Assembly (NCBI RefSeq): GCF_003704095.1
Contig: NW_020847149.1
Location: 62,001-126,000 of the forward strand
DNA from: Pocillopora damicornis
Taxonomy: Eukaryota
Reading direction: 5' to 3'
Length of the DNA stretch: 64,000 nt
The stretch's first letter is position 1; each line of letters opens with the position of its first letter. Positions 60,901 to 64,000 of the stretch are shown piece by piece. The notes under the pieces are model-generated. The model was given only the letters and a program-made list of their open reading frames with translations. It did no database searches and was not told the DNA's origin. Made by a program: the position numbers and the translations under genes.

Positions 60901-63678
60901 AGACAGTCATGAACATAATGTTTCTACACTGTCCTTGAGTCAGCAATCTTTTTGATGTTTTAGACAAGATAGGCACTGCAAATTTATACTTTTATGAGCC
61001 TAAAGTTAGACCTGATAAACATCATCTCCTCACCATATTGTGACTCTTGAAGTAATGAAAATGGCTGACAAAACCTTGCAGACAAGCTGATGAACTTTAC
61101 CAGCTTCCAGCTCTTATATACAAGCTTGCAATAGGGAATGGAATTATCATTCACATAACTTTTCTTTTCATATTATTTTGGGTTCATCTCTCAAGAGTGT
61201 CACTTGATAGGATTAGGACAGTAATTTATGACCTAACCTTTTTTCAGGTTATCCCTGAGAAATTGTTCTGCAGACGTGACAAATAAATTTTTTGCACTTG
61301 TTGGATATGAGATTGGATATAGCCAACAGGCTTGCATTGAAAAATCGCTAAAACTTAGGCTATTAGTAGGTATGGATTGACATGTTTTAAAATTCTTTGG
61401 TCTTCTTTAGATACAATATAAGAGAGAATAGATGGGAAATTATTCAAGCTTCAAATGAAAAACATCAACGACCATCAGCAAGATATGGGCATTCATTAGT
61501 GGCATATGATGTAAGAATCAGAATAATCCTTCCTCCTTTGCAAAAATGCATGTCGTAGTTGTGTCTCTTCTACATTTAATAAAGGAATGACCAAGCTAAT
61601 ATTTACCAGTGTGGAACTCTCTTCAAGAACTGCTGACTATAAAGGCCTGTTCAAATGCACACAAAATTTTAATGCAATAGAAATTCGACCATTTCTAAAC
61701 TTAATCCAACACCATTGAACATCTTATAGCATGTTGTAACGTGTAGCTATAGGGTGGCCAAACAGGTGCAACATGTTGCATGCAACAATGTTGCAAGATG
61801 TTGCATTTGAATGTTATATACATTTGACCAGGCCTTCATGATATCAATGCGTTTGATTGACTGACAACAATAGCAAATTGGTTAAATCAGATTGCGACCT
61901 TACTACCAAATGTGGTAAAATATCCAATTTGTCCTTCATTTCCGGTTTCAGAATCACCTCATCTTGTTTGGTGGGACTTGCAAGAAAGGAGCTGTTTCTA
62001 ATGAAACCTGGATATTAAACACTACATCAAGGCAGTGGACACTGTTAAGAAGTTCAGTTTATAAACCAGTGGGTGTATCAGGACATACAGCCACTGTTGT
62101 TGAAAATGAGATGATTGTTTTGTTTGGATATAATCCTGAACAAGGGGTTTCAAACTTGATCCAGGTATTTGGGCTTGGTGAGTGAATGGCACATCTAGTT
62201 TTCTTCATTTCTTTAGTGATAATTTCAGACTGAGGACTCTGAGTTTGAGGAAGGGTGCTTCACCAATCAATACATGTGGTTCCAGTAAAAGTGTTCAGGG
62301 AAACTAATATATGTTAGGGGGAGGGAGGGAGAGGGGAAAGGGTTTGTCTGATTTAAATAAGCACAACCAGACATACTTAGTAGTACCCTAGCTCCCACCT
62401 TCTCAAGCCTGTTTCACACCTTAGGTTGGTCGGCCTTAAGGTAGGCAAGCACCACCAAAGCAAGGTGAAAGTGGGGAATAGGGGAGTGAAAGACTGCTTT
62501 CTTCTCATCAGTCACCTTCAAGGCGGACTTCATCACTTTTTTTGTTTGGTTATCACAGTCAACCACTATTTATGAGCCTGGACCTTCTATGCCTTAGTTT
62601 GGTTGTTATTTTTAACTTACTCTAAGGAAGTAAACTTTTGATCATTTTTATCAGTGGACAGAGTGTGGAGATCAAGTAAAGTAGACTCATCTATCGTCAG
62701 ACCCACCTATGGTCACAGCAGTGTGCTTCACCCAGGTACAGGACGTATTTATGTTCATGGTGGTTACAGAATGCTTAACAGCTCCTGCTACAGAGCATCC
62801 AGTGAAACGTTCTATTATGAGTCCAAGGCTGGAAAATGGTACCAGCTGCGTAATATTGGTATACCAAGGTTTCTTCATTCAGCAGTCATTATTGATAGCG
62901 CAATGATCATTTTTGGTGGCAGAGGAGAGAAGGAATTGGTATCGCGCCACCTGATGGTGTTCGACATTAGTGAGTGTCCTCCTTGGCTTTCTCGATTTTT
63001 CCAGTGGTATTTCAGTGTGTATCCAGCTTGTATGTTTCAATTTTGAGTGCCATTTTTCTTTCTAATTTTGCTAAGACTTAAAGCAAAAGTTTGTTTTCGA
63101 GTTTGTGTCATCATGGAAAGTTTTCTTTTGATAAAATCCCAATGGATTTAGCTGCTCACAACACATTGTGAGAACCATTGCGTTTCGTTTTGATATATTT
63201 TTTTTTTCAGTTCTCACTAAAAGTAATGTTATGATTGTAGCGGCTTCATTCCTATAAAAAATATCAATTATTGTATCGATTATTAGAGGGAATATAGTCA
63301 AGGAATCGGATGATTATGATCGTCTTATCTTTCGTGGTACAGTGGCAAAGGCACAGACAATTATACTGCTTAAATCTACAAGTAGCTTTTAAAAAACTTT
63401 GAGCTCGTCTGATCAGGCAATACATTATTTTCAGATGAAATGAAATGGAAATTTCCAATCAATACTACTGTACCAAAGACTGCATCTCGTTATGGACACT
63501 CATCTGTGGTTGTTGACAGGTGAAAAGTTTCTTTTGACTTGTTTATGGCTTCAAGATATTCGTATGATTTGTCTGCAGTTGCGCGAGTGAAACTGTTCTT
63601 TTTGTTTTTGTAGCATCATGTATGCCTTTGGTGGATTTGCAGGACTTATGTTTAACTCTTTCCTTCAATATTCCCAAG
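54997..63678 (+). CDS. ATRN: Attractin-like protein (signal peptide, CUB, EGF, kelch repeats), 5' part; continues beyond the right edge
   Basis: Exons 54997-55157, 56582-56656, 56815-56934, 58155-58283, 58672-58850, 59668-59730, 60410-60515, 61411-61510, 61952-62177, 62655-62969, 63435-63519 and 63614-63678 are phase-compatible. CUB: AWLIE, LYIYDG.S..SPLIA, ATSG.AL. Two EGF repeats follow. Kelch: SSHAM..FGG, RYGHS, GHTAT..LFGY, YGHSS..YVHGGY, RFLHSA..FGG. Domain order fits attractin/ATRNL1 better than MEGF8, but orthology is untested. Confidence 0.85.
57019..57426. mobile_element. MITE with about 30-bp imperfect TIRs
   Basis: GATCAATC..TAGCTTCAACATCCC ... GGGATTGCTGAAGCTTCAAATCGATC. Confidence 0.6.
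61643..61835. mobile_element. Harbinger-like MITE with TGTTGCA/TGCAACA internal repeats
   Basis: TIRs AGGCCTGTTCAAATG ... CATTTGACCAGGCCT. Confidence 0.7.
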
Positions 63679-64000
63679 GTAAGTTTGGTTTATCCAGGAT
63701 AAATTTCAACACACTTGAAAACTGCTCTGAGTGTGGCAACATTAAATCAGTGATGACGGAAGCTTTTTGGACTTTTAATAATTATGGCAACGATACAGTG
63801 GTGGTTGTTCATCCATGCCAAGTCTGATGATACGTTGATTGATCAAGTGATGGAGGGGCACTTCCTAGCGCAGATATCCGAAAGTAAGGGATTTATGTTA
63901 AAGCTCTTCATCCCTTCTCCTTTCTCCCCTCCCCCCCTCCCCCCCCCCCGCCCACTCTCCCTCTTTATTTCTATTAGGAGAGCTTGCTATACACGACACA

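Overview
AT-rich, intron-rich animal genomic DNA. The repeat repertoire and gene structures point to an anthozoan, probably a stony coral (inference). Eight protein-coding genes can be assembled from splice signals, in this order: ATP6V1B (-, runs off the left edge), an Emx-like homeobox gene (+), a PptH-like calcineurin-family metallophosphoesterase (-), a Not homeobox gene (-), DBF4 (-), SRP72 (-, with a clear U12 intron), COE/EBF (+, head-to-head with SRP72) and an attractin-like gene (+, runs off the right edge). Introns carry a complete tRNA-derived SINE with a TSD, many TTAA-flanked piggyBac-type MITEs and palindromic MITEs, and a fold-back repeat cluster. The best leads are: (1) a bacterial-type ACP-phosphodiesterase-like gene with a mitochondrial-presequence-like N-terminus and an in-frame TGA-ATG stop/restart junction; (2) five same-orientation MITF/TFEB M-boxes at the V-ATPase B promoter; (3) a C-x4-C-x4-C motif and an R-x-x-x-PY/R-x-x-PY-type motif shared by the two homeobox N-termini; (4) a perfect COE site upstream of COE; (5) a candidate RFX-driven antisense gene nested in SRP72; (6) a gene neighbourhood that mirrors the vertebrate 2p13/8p21/10q25-26/20p13 paralogon. 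All gene models are manual and no database searches were run.
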